From Macrostomum hystrix (Eukaryota; Animalia; Platyhelminthes): a DNA stretch of 64,000 bases. How positions within the stretch are numbered: the first letter of the stretch is position 1; every line of letters begins with the position of its first letter. The stretch covers positions 11,532,001-11,596,000 of the forward strand of contig CATNEN010000038.1 in assembly GCA_950097015.1 (NCBI GenBank). The letters are read 5' to 3'. Positions 10,741-23,000 of the stretch are shown piece by piece. Made by a program: the position numbers and the translations under genes. Below the pieces are notes generated by a model, which was not told the DNA's origin, did not search any database, and worked only from the letters and a program-made list of their open reading frames with translations.

Positions 10741-13700
10741 AAGCAGTTACATATAGTGTCTGCCCAACCAGTTTCATATAGTGTCTACCCAACCAGTTAC
10801 ATACAGTGTCTACCCAACCAGTTTCATATAGTGTCTACCCAAGCAGATCCATATAGTGTCTACCCAACCAGATCCATATAGTGTCTACCCAACCAGTTTC
10901 ATATAGTGTCTACCCAACCAGTTTCATATAGTGTCTACCCAAGCAGATCCATATAGTGTCTACCCAACCAGATCCATATAGTGTCTACCCAAGCAGATCC
11001 ATATAGTGTCTACCCAACCAGATCCATATAGTGTCTACCCAACCAGTTTCATATAGTGTCTACCCAACCAGTTCCATATAGTGTCTACCCAACCAGATCC
11101 ATATAGTGTCTACCCAACCAGATCCATATAGTGTCTACCCAACCAGTTTCATATAGTGTCTACCCAACCAGTTCCATATAGTGTCTACCCAACCAGTTCC
11201 ATATAGTGTCTACCCAACCAGATCCATATAGTGTCTACCCAACCAGATCCATATAGTGTCTACCCAACCAGTTTCATATAGTGTCTACCCAACCAGTTTC
11301 ATACAGTGTCTACCCAACCAGTTTCATATAGTGTCTACCCAACCAGTTACATATAGTGTCTACCCAACCAGATCCACATAGTGTCTACCCAACCAGTTTC
11401 ATATAGTGTCTACCCAACCAGATCCATATAGTGTCTACCCAACCAGTTTCATATAGTGTCTACCCAAGCAGTTACATATAGTGTCTACCCAACCAGTTCC
11501 ATATAGTGTCTACTCAACCCAGTTCCATACAGTGTCTACCCAACCAGTTACATACAGTGTCTACCCAACCAGTTACATACAGTGTCTACCCAACCAGTTC
11601 CATACAGTGTCTACCCAACCAGTTCCATACAGTGTCTATCCAACCAGTTACATACAGTGTCTACCCAACCAGTTCCATACAGTGTCTATCCAACCAGTTT
11701 CATACAGTGTCTACCCAACCAGTTACATATAGTGTCTACCCAACCAGTTCCATATAGTGTCTACCCAATCAGTTCCATATAGTGTCTACCCAACCAGTTT
11801 CATATAGTGTCTACTCAACCCAGTTCCATACAGTGTCTACCCAACCAGTTACATATAGTGTCTACCCAACCAGTTCCATACAGGATCTACCCAACCAGTT
11901 CCAAATAGTGTCTATCCAACCAGTTCCATACAGTGTCTACCCAACCAGTTACATATAGTGTCTACCCAACCAGTTTCATACAGGATCTTCTCAAGCAGTT
12001 ACATAGTGTCTACCCAACCAGTTTCATACAGGATCTTCTCAAGCAGTTACATAGTGTCTTCCCAACCAGTTTCATACAGGATCTTCTCAAGCAGTTACAT
12101 AGTGTCTTCCCAACCAGTTTCATACAGGATCTTCTCAAGCAGTTACATAGTGTCTACCCAACCAGTTTCATACAGGATCTTCTCAAGCAGTTACATAGTG
12201 TCTACCCAACCAGTTTCATACAGGATCTTCTCAAGCAGTTACATAGTGTCTACCCAACCAGTTTCATACAGGATCTTCTCAAGCAGTTACATAGTGTCTT
12301 CCCAACCAGTTTCATACAGGATCTTCTCAAGCAGTTACATAGTGTCTTCCCAACCAGTTTCATACAGGATCTTCTCAAGCAGTTACATAGTGTCTTCCCA
12401 ACCAGTTTCATGCAGGATCTTCTCAAGCAGTTACATAGTGTCTTCCCAACCAGTTTCATACAGGATCTTCTCAAGCAGTTACATAGTGTCTTCCCAACCA
12501 GTTTCATACAGGATCTTCTCAAGCAGTTACATAGTGTCTTCCCAACCAGTTTCATGCAGGATCTTCTCAAGCAGTTACATAGTGTCTACCCAACCAGTTT
12601 CATACAGGATCTTCTCAAGCAGTTACATAGTGTCTACCCAACCAGTTTCATGCAGGATCTTCTCAAGCAGTTACATAGTGTCTTCCCAACCAGTTTCATG
12701 CAGGATCTTCTCAAGCAGTTACATAGTGTCTTCCCAACCAGTTTCATGCAGGATCTTCTCAAGCAGTTACATAGTGTCTACCCAACCAGTTACATACAGG
12801 ATCTTCTCAAGCAGTTACATAGTGTCTACCCAACCAGTTTCATACAGGATCTTCTCAAGCAGTTACATAGTGTCTACCCAACCAGTTTCATACAGGATCT
12901 TCTCAAGCAGTTACATAGTGTCTTCCCAACCCTTTTCATACAGGATCTTCTCAAGCAGTTACATAGTGTCTTCCCAACCAGTTTCATACAGGATCTTCTC
13001 AAGCAGTTACATAGTGTCTTCCCAACCCTTTTCATACAGGATCTTCTCAAGCAGTTACATAGTGTCTTCCCAACCCTTTTCATACAGGATCTTCTCAAGC
13101 AGTTACATAGTGTCTTCCCAACCAGTTTCATACAGGATCTTCTCAAGCAGTTACATAGTGTCTTCCCAACCAGTTTCATACAGGATCTTCTCAAGCAGTT
13201 ACATAGTGTCTTCCCAACCAGTTTCATACAGGATCTTCTCAAGCAGTTACATAGTGTCTACCCAACCAGTTTCATACAGGATCTTCTCAAGCAGTTACAT
13301 AGTGTCTACCCAACCAGTTTCATGCAGGATCTTCTCAAGCAGTTACATAGTGTCTTCCCAACCAGTTTCATGCAGGATCTTCTCAAGCAGTTACATAGTG
13401 TCTTCCCAACCAGTTTCATGCAGGATCTTCTCAAGCAGTTACATAGTGTCTACCCAACCAGTTACATACAGGATCTTCTCAAGCAGTTACATAGTGTCTA
13501 CCCAACCAGTTTCATACAGGATCTTCTCAAGCAGTTACATAGTGTCTACCCAACCAGTTTCATACAGGATCTTCTCAAGCAGTTACATAGTGTCTTCCCA
13601 ACCCTTTTCATACAGGATCTTCTCAAGCAGTTACATAGTGTCTTCCCAACCAGTTTCATACAGGATCTTCTCAAGCAGTTACATAGTGTCTTCCCAACCC

Positions 13701-15340
13701 TTTTCATACAGGATCTTCTCAAGCAGTTACATAGTGTCTTCCCAACCCTTTTCATACAGGATCTTCTCAAGCAGTTACATAGTGTCTTCCCAACCAGTTT
13801 CATACAGGATCTTCTCAAGCAGTTACATAGTGTCTTCCCAACCAGTTTCATACAGGATCTTCTCAAGCAGTTACATAGTGTCTACCCAACCAGTTTCATA
13901 CAGGATCTTCTCAAGCAGTTACATAGTGTCTTCCCAACCAGTTTCATGCAGGATCTTCTCAAGCAGTTACATAGTGTCTTCCCAACCAGTTACATACAGG
14001 ATCTTCTCAAGCAGTTACATAGTGTCTACCCAACCAGTTACATACAGGATCTTCTCAAGCAGTTACATAGTGTCTACCCAACCAGTTTCATGCAGGATCT
14101 TCTCAAGCAGTTACATAGTGTCTTCCCAACCAGTTTCATGCAGGATCTTCTCAAGCAGTTACATAGTGTCTTCCCAACCAGTTTCATGCAGGATCTTCTC
14201 AAGCAGTTACATAGTGTCTACCCAACCAGTTTCATACAGGATCTTCTCAAGCAGTTACATAGTGTCTTCCCAACCAGTTTCATGCAGGATCTTCTCAAGC
14301 AGTTACATAGTGTCTACCCAACCAGTTTCATACAGGATCTTCTCAAGCAGTTACATAGTGTCTACCCAACCAGTTTCATGCAGGATCTTCTCAAGCAGTT
14401 ACATAGTGTCTTCCCAACCAGTTTCATGCAGGATCTTCTCAAGCAGTTACATAGTGTCTACCCAACCAGTTACATACAGGATCTTCTCAAGCAGTTACAT
14501 AGTGTCTACCCAACCAGTTTCATGCAGGATCTTCTCAAGCAGTTACATAGTGTCTACCCAACCAGTTTCATGCAGGATCTTCTCAAGCAGTTCCATAGTG
14601 TCTACCCAACCAGTTTCATACAGGATCTTCTCAAGCAGTTACATAGTGTCTTCCCAACCAGTTTCATGCAGGATCTTCTCAAGCAGTTACATAGTGTCTA
14701 CCCAACCAGTTTCATACAGGATCTTCTCAAGCAGTTACATAGTGTCTACCCAACCAGTTTCATGCAGGATCTTCTCAAGCAGTTACATAGTGTCTACCCA
14801 ACCAGTTTCATGCAGGATCTTCTCAAGCAGTTACATAGTGTCTTCCCAACCCTTTTCATACAGGATCTTCTCAAGCAGTTACATAGTGTCTTCCCAACCC
14901 TTTTCATACAGGATCTTCTCAAGCAGTTACATAGTGTCTACCCAACCAGTTTCATGCAGGATCTTCTCAAGCAGTTACATAGTGTCTTCCCAACCAGTTT
15001 CATACAGGATCTTCTCAAGCAGTTACATAGTGTCTACCCAACCAGTTTCATACAGGATCTTCTCAAGCAGTTACATAGTGTCTACCCAACCAGTTTCATG
15101 CAGGATCTTCTCAAGCAGTTCCATAGTGTCTACCCAACCAGTTTCATACAGGATCTTCTCAAGCAGTTACATAGTGTCTTCCCAACCAGTTTCATACAGG
15201 ATCTTCTCAAGCAGTTACATAGTGTCTACCCAACCAGTTTCATGCAGGATCTTCTCAAGCAGTTACATAGTGTCTACCCAACCAGTTTCATACAGGATCT
15301 TCTCAAGCAGTTACATAGTGTCTTCCCAACCAGTTCCAGA
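10741..15340. repeat. Satellite with a 25-bp monomer (to about 11980) switching to a 48-bp dimer (25+23)
   Basis: GTGTCTACCCAACCAGTTTCATATA units, followed by GTGTCT(A/T)CCCAACCAGTTTCAT(A/G)CA-GGATCTTCTCAAGCAGTTACATA units. Confidence 0.95.
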
Positions 15341-16189
15341 GTATAAGAAAGAAGGCAGCAAAATAGTTGTTATGACTGCAAAAGCCAATTGTGTTTTTCT
15401 AAAAAAGAAATATTTTTTTAGACAATAGACGGTTTTAAAGTGTTTGAACTCAGATCTTTGGTCGTAGAAATGTCCTTTTGATGAAAGAAGTGCCTATAGC
15501 TGTCGCAATTAAATACTATATTTACTACAAATTATTTTTAAGGGACAAATTCCGGGTCATGAACTAGTTCTTTGTGAGGCCAGATTTGATGATACCCCCA
15601 TCTCAGAATGACGTTTGAGAAAGTGAAGGCTGCTGATTAGGGTTAGTTAAAAATGCTGTCAAAATTATACCTGCTTTTAGGTCCACAGTCATACAATGCT
15701 AATCTCTTGTGTCTAGCAGTTAATTAACAATTTCTAGCAATTTGTTTATCTGTTTTTTTGGGAATCGAACACCCGACCTTCAAGTCGTGAGTCCGCACTG
15801 GGCAGAATTCAGCTATATCTAACTACCGAGTGTCTAAGAAGAATTTTATAGATCTGCAATCTTCTCATCATTTTTTTATGGAAATGTGTCTTAGAAAATG
15901 CAGAAACCCCAAAAAATTTCCATAACTCAGCTTTGACAAAACAATTATTGGCGTTGCAGTATTTGATGTCTTAAAAATATTGAAGTTAACGCGGAACAAG
16001 ATCCGTCGCTATTCAAACAAACAGTATCGGAATTATTGTAATAATTGTGTTGCGATAAATAAAAACGTCTTTTAGAAGTTGTCCATGTAAATTATTACAT
16101 AGAATTTGTGTCTCCGTGTGTACTACTTATTGGTTTATTAGTAGTAGACGCCCATAATACGATTTATAGTTTTATCAAATGAGTTAAAA

Positions 16190-18584
16190 TCACTTCTTCT
16201 GACATAGCCGACGCTCCCTGGGGTCCACAAACTCGCTCTGATGTTCGGTGACCATCTTCAGATAGTCCCTGTTGCTGTCCAATTCCGGTTGATGGCCCGG
16301 GTGGCAGAAGCTGTCCCGGTCTGCGGACCCAAGGTATAAGTTGGAAGGGGAAATTAAAGGTATGACTGAAATTTTCAGACACTCAGGACAGACAGACAAA
16401 CAGGACAGACAGATAAAAAAGGACAGACAAACAAACAGGACAGTCAGACACTCAGGACAGTCAGACACCCAGGACAGACAGACAAACAGGACAGACAGAC
16501 AAACAGGACAGACAGACACACAGGACAGACAGACAAACAGGACAGACAGACAAGCAGGACAGACAGACAAAAAGGACAGTCAGACACCCTGGACAGTCAG
16601 ACACCCAGGACAGACAGACAAACAGGACAGACAGACAAACAGGACAGACAGACACACAGGACAGACAGAAAAACAGGACAGACAGACAAACAGGACAGAC
16701 AGACAAACAGGACAGCCAGACACTCAGGACAGACAGACACTCAGGACAGACAGACAAACAGGACAGACAGACAAGCAGGACAGACAGACAAACAGGACAG
16801 ACAGACACCCAGGACAGACAGACAAACAGGACAGTCAGACACCCAGGACAGTCAGACACCCAGGACAGACAGACACTCAGAACAGACAGACACTCACGAC
16901 AGACAGACACCCAGGACAGTCAGACACCCAGGACAGTCAGACACCCAGGACAGACAGACAAACAGGACAGCCAGACAAACAGGACAGTCAGACACTCAGG
17001 ACAGACAGACACCCAGGACAGACAGACACCCAGGACAGTCAGACACCCAGGACAGACAGACAAACAGGACAGACAAACAGGACAGACAGACAAAAAGGAC
17101 AGACAGACAAAAAGGACAGACAGACACTCACGACAGACAGACACCCAGGACAGTCAGACACCCAGGACAGACAGACAAACAGGACAGAGAGACACCCAGG
17201 ACAGACAGACAAACAGGACAGTCAGACACCCAGGACAGACAGACAAACAGGACAGCCAGACACTCAGGACAGACAGACACTCAGGACAGACAGACAAACA
17301 GGACAGTCAGACAAAAAGGACAGACAGACAAACAGGACAGACAGACAAAAAGGACAGACAGACAAAAAGGACAGACAGACACTCACGACAGACAGACACC
17401 CAGGACAGTCAGACACCCAGGACAGACAGACAAACAGGACAGTCAGACACCCAGGACAGACAGACAAACAGGACAGTCAGACACTCAGGACAGACAGACA
17501 CCCAGGACAGACAGACACCCAGGACAGTCAGACACCCAGGACAGACAGACACCCAGGACAGTCAGACACCCAGGACAGACAGACAAACAGGACAGACAAA
17601 CAGGACAGACAGACACTCACGACAGACAGACACCCAGGACAGTCAGACACCCAGGACAGACAGACAAACAGGACAGAGAGACACCCAGGACAGACAGACA
17701 AACAGGACAGTCAGACACCCAGGACAGACAGACAAACAGGACAGCCAGACACTCAGGACAGACAGACACTCAGGACAGACAGACAAAAAGGACAGACAGA
17801 CAAACAGGACAGACAGACAAACAGGACAGACAGACACTCACGACAGACAGACACCCAGGACAGTCAGACACCCAGGACAGACAGACAAACAGGACAGAGA
17901 GACACCCAGGACAGACAGACAAACAGGACAGTCAGACACCCAGGACAGACAGACAAACAGGACAGCCAGACACTCAGGACAGACAGACACTCAGGACAGA
18001 CAGACAAAAAGGACAGACAGACAAACAGGACAGACAGACAAAAAGGACAGACAGACAAACAGGACAGACAGACAAAAAGGACAGACAGACAAAAAGGACA
18101 GACAGACACTCACGACAGACAGACACCCAGGACAGTCAGACACCCAGGACAGACAGACAAACAGGACAGAGAGACACCCAGGACAGACAGACAAACAGGA
18201 CAGTCAGACACTCAGGACAGACAAGACATGCTTACACACTCGAAATCCAGGATGAAAGGCAGGTAAGCATACAAAAAGACATGAAATCGTTTTGATAGCT
18301 AGAAATCTCTTGTACTCACGAGTCATGGTCTTAAGCACATCTGGCACCTGCTCAGTCTCTCTAGTATAGGCCTTCCCATAGGTGGTGGCATAGTTGTGCT
18401 CAGTGGCGGACGGCATCGGCTTCCTCTGGCCGAGGTGTCGAATGTCGCGACGCTCCTCGAACCAATTGCCAAACAGGCAGCCGGTTTGATAGAACTGGGT
18501 CTCCCGACCAGGCTGCGGTGGGTCCAGCGGATGCAGATTTGTTTTCGCTGGCCTCCAGGCGCTCTGCATGTACACTTCCGACAT
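16190..18584 (-). CDS. CFAP68: Cilia- and flagella-associated protein 68 (C11orf1/UPF0686) homolog, 131 aa; exons 18584-18320 and 16320-16190
   Basis: LFGNWFEERRDIRHLGQRKPMPS..HNYATTY and HPGHQPELD match CFAP68 motifs recalled from memory (LMGNWNQERYDL..PKPLPS..HYFETTY, FPGHQPELD). GTGAGT donor and CAG acceptor join in phase 1. Confidence 0.85.
16380..18225. repeat. 17-bp minisatellite (CAGGACAGACAGACAAA variants) filling the CFAP68 intron
   Basis: Visible tandem units. Confidence 0.95.
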
Positions 18585-18717
18585 GACTTGACCCTAGCTG
18601 CGAGGCCTTTTGCTCCTGAGATTTTAATCCCCTCTTATTTCTCGTCAGATCTGCCCAGTGCACTGACTAATAGATGAATCTTAGGCTATAGCTCCATACA
18701 GTTGGCTTCTAACAACA

Positions 18718-18732
18718 GTCGCCAATGGCAAC
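18718..18732. promoter_or_regulatory. RFX X-box (GTCGCCAATGGCAAC)
   Basis: Matches GTNRCC-N0-3-RGYAAC and lies about 135 bp upstream of the ATG of a ciliary gene. Confidence 0.7.
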
Positions 18733-19991
18733 GTGTGTCGGTATGAGGTGTACAGGCAAGGTAAATTGTGAGCGCGCGCAGACGTACATCCATACGCTGC
18801 CAAGTTTAAGAATTGGCATAAAAGAGATGAAAGAAAACTGAAGGAGAGAGAAGAATTTTTGCGCTTGTCTTTACCTGAGTAAAGGGAGGCTGAATGGGTA
18901 TAAGCCCAGCAGTAATTCCTTAACTTTATTACGGTCCTTCTCGCCCTTCATAAAGCTTCGACTATCCATATGCTCAGACTCCATATGCCGCTCCGACGTA
19001 CATGGTGGATTTTTTATTTAACATCCCTATTAAAATATTAAAAAGTACATCGATCCCATACTCGTACGAGTGGTTGGTGTCCAATGCAAAAAAATTAACC
19101 ACAACGGACAACTATCAATAGTTAATTTTACTCAAGTGGTCCCTGAAAGCCTATCTTTTAGGTGTTAGCTATCTATACAACTTTCTCACCACGTTAGCAT
19201 AATTGACATGTATTGATTTTTTGTCCATCAGTACTCTTGTTCAAAAGGATTACTAACTAGCCGCAAGGATTGTCGTGCTTATGTTTCAACGCGAGTTTCA
19301 GTTTGTGAAATTGTTTTCGATTTATAAGGATCTATAATTAGTTTCTATTCGAGTAAAAAGGTAATGAACATGTAGTTCTAATTTTTTACAATTACTTGCA
19401 CAGGCCTGAAAGTTGGACTCGAATGCTTTCATCAGCGCATTGTTGAATAAATACAGCTTCAATAGTGCTACAATAAACATTCTGGATTACTAATAATAAT
19501 TAATTAAGAATATTCCGGAATAAACTTTGTTCTTTAAATGCTAAATAACATGTTTCCGATGAAAAAAACATTATTTACAAACTAACTGCATGACAAGAAA
19601 AAAACATACACAAAAATAGACTCTCTCGCTGTAAATTTTTGTTATTCTTTTTATATCGTAACGTGAGCGAAGATAAATGGCTTCGGAAAATATTTAATTT
19701 AGAAAACATTGAAGACAATTAAATATTGGGCCGTAGATTGATTTACGAAACTACACAAAGTGCAGTACTTAGTCTTCTGTCTCTCTGTTTATTTACTCTG
19801 GTAGAAATAAATCTGTTTCAAAGTGCTTCAGGTGTTTAAAAGTAGAACGTTGTTATTTCACCTTCCATCTTAAAAGCATGAAAGTTGAGTTCTAGCATTT
19901 TCAGTTTCAGGACTAAAGATATTTAAGAAGTCGACAAAAAGCTTAATTTGATTTATCTATTATTTTCTTTTTTGCTCACTCCTGACTAGCC

Positions 19992-20037
19992 ATGTCGACT
20001 GACAAGCGACCATCAACAACTTCGCGAGTGGTACAAG
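19992..20037 (+). CDS. PPP3CA: Calcineurin A exon 1 ([15 protein letters not shown])
   Basis: Resembles the conserved STTDRVVK N-terminus; G|GTATGT donor, phase 1. Confidence 0.85.
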
Positions 20038-23000
20038 GTATGTATCAAATATAAAGTTGACCATCGTGCTGTATCCATTCAATTCCAACGAACTTACTTG
20101 TCCATACTTTTATTATTCAGATAGACAAGTTGATTCTAAGTTGAAAGTCATGTGTTTTAAATGAAATATAAATATATATTTAATAAGTACGCTTTTTCAC
20201 TTCAGTTAATTCTTCGCTTTTTGATCGAGTTAGTTTTAAAATAAAATGGTACTTTTAAAGCTGACATATATTTAGCTATTTGAGGTGAGACAACTTTGTT
20301 ATACAATTAAATAACTTAATTTTTATTGCAAAGCTGCGATACTACATTATGCAGTTAGTCGAAATACTTTTATACTACATTACTATGCTACACTATGTGC
20401 AAAAAGTTTAGTTTAAGGTGGTTTATGTAAACTTCTATCTAAAGTAATATGGTTTTTACAAGGATAGGCTGTCAGTGATTTTTCTTTTAAAATAAAAAAT
20501 CACCGAGATTTTTAAGGTGCAAACATCGTATGTTTTTATAAAAAGTTTCTTATTTAGCAAAAAATGTATGTTGGTTATCATATGTTCCAGAAAATGGATG
20601 GTTAGACAGTTTGAAAATTATCCCTAAATTGGTCACAATCACAAAGTATATCTGAAAGTTTCTAGAGCCATTTTTTACTTCTTTGATAAAATAGGTTTCA
20701 TACAAAATAACATTAAATATTTTCCTGGATTTTCAATAAAATAAACGAAATTCGTCATATTAAATTCCAAACTTTACAAGTTTACCTATTTCACAGATAA
20801 AGAAATTAGCCAATTGTTGGTAGATAATCAGAAAATAGGACAATACACCTCACGTTACTTTAATTGTTTTACATTTCACTTTAGTATGAAAAGTTCTATT
20901 ATGTTTGATTATAGTTGAATTTGTTTATTTTATTTATGAAAAGTCTGGCTATCAAATTTCACAGAACTATGTTTTAACAAATCGTTTAAATCTTAATATT
21001 TTCATCTTTGCAATTGACCTTGAAATAAGCAACACTTGCTACAATATAAGCTGCCATTTTGCAGTGTCTTCTTTTCATTTTGTTTTTGTTAGGAGCATAA
21101 TTTATTTTCTGTAGGTGTAGCATTTTTTGTCTTATAATTCAAAGCCACAAAGCAGCATAAACAAATCTGCTGAAATTAGAATGGAAAACAGCTGAGCTCA
21201 TGTAGCCAAATATTCCCAACAGTCGCTTTTGCGAGAAGATGCTTGGGAAGATACTTCCCATGATAACTACGAGTGTACTTTTCAGTACTAGACATAATCG
21301 GCAATAATTCATTACCGCTAGGATCATTTCTTAATAGACTCGTCTCATGTGACACCCCATCATATTTTGTTTGGCCATAGAGACATCCAGTTGTGTGTGC
21401 GCGCGCGGTCGCGCCAAGGGTTGGCCCGCAGTAATATCTAGGCCTGCATTGGCCTGAACTAACTCTCTCATGGTCAGTTGCTCACATTTTTGTGTGTGCG
21501 ACTAGGCGGGACAGAGATAGAGTGAAGGAGACACTCGCGCGGCATCCCCGTTGATTTTATCCATGCTGCGGCTATACATTCTACCCCCCCTGCAACCCCA
21601 TCTCCCCGACTCTTATCCAACTCCTCCATCCTCTATCATCTTTTGCTGTTGGGCCTTGTGCTCGCATACAGACTCTGGCTAAATAGAAGATCCCGCTCTT
21701 GCTTGTCCTCGCATCTCCTTCTACTTTACTCTCTCTCTCTTTCTCTATCCGCAAATCCGTCGCACCCTCCGTCCTCTCTTCCCCCACCCCGCCGAAAAAT
21801 GTTCCCATCGGAGGGCCGCCCGCTTCGCTTGCTGCTCGCCGTTGCACTAAATATTTTCTCTCCTTCCCGTGGTCCCACGCGGCCAAGTGAGCTTGCGCTG
21901 ACTGCGCGTCGACAACGATTCACACTCGGCTGAGTACCCACCCCACCCCGAAATCCCCTGGCTGAGTCTCGCGCCTCTCTTCCCGGGGACAAGGCAAGGC
22001 GCCTCGCGCTGTCCCCTCCTCTCTCCGTCTGTATTGAAGCTGTGGATTCTCATTTCGGAAGCTGCGTGGAAATGCAAGGCCTCCTGGCCTTCTTCAGCCT
22101 CCCCGACCACCCCCTCCGGCATGGACTATCCTTCATCGCCTAATTGACTGTTCCATTACAGCTATAGCAATTGCATTTTCATATATTATACTTCTATATA
22201 TATATAGATATATTCATCTAAATAGGCCTGCCTCTGTCATCTCTCCTGTGTCCTCGGGCAGCCAACAGGACGAGGCGAGGCTATTATGCCAGGCTCACCC
22301 ATTGGTGCCACATAGACAGGAGACTATTGCAAACGCACTGAGGGATGACATTGCAAGGCAAAGATTGGGGGGCCTATTTTAGAGAACGGCTTGTGCGATT
22401 GAGATGGTGAAATTAATGAATTGAGAAGGCTTAGAAAAATGAAACTGTAGATTGATCATTCCATGGCCAAACTCTAGCTATGACAGAAAGGCCTAAATCT
22501 ATGATCAAAGCAGCCTTAACAGTAGAAACACCACGCTATTCCCTCGAAGATCCTGGTGACAAGCAAAACTAACATTGCCCTTTATTTCCATTTAATTTAT
22601 GACCTAATAGTCAATAATTGAGGCTAAATCTATATTCAATTATCAGAATTTTGTAGGAAAAATATCCCTTTGCAACTGTTCTGCAATTTCTAGTCTTATT
22701 CGATTCGAAAAACTATAGGCCTTTGAAAAAGCAAATATAGAACACAACTTGCGTCACAATCTAGCTAGGGCTTTGTGTTTAATAATATCCGTCTAGTAGT
22801 TTCTTTAGCCCTGGATCGCCTTTCAGTTGAGTTATTTTTGTCTCAAACTTCGGCTTCGACCTTTGTCGCCTCCGCTGGTACATATCTCTCTGTCATCTTA
22901 GCCTAAGTGTTCTTCGCTTTGATGTAAACCAGCCAGTGGTTCTCAAAGGCTAGCTTTTGACATATGTTTTTTCTGCATTGTGCTTTGGTGCTTTTAATTT

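Noticed and set aside
11933-15428. 1137- and 1156-aa ORFs
   Set aside because: They result from a stop-free 48-bp satellite. Overlapping frames are both open and there is no domain content.
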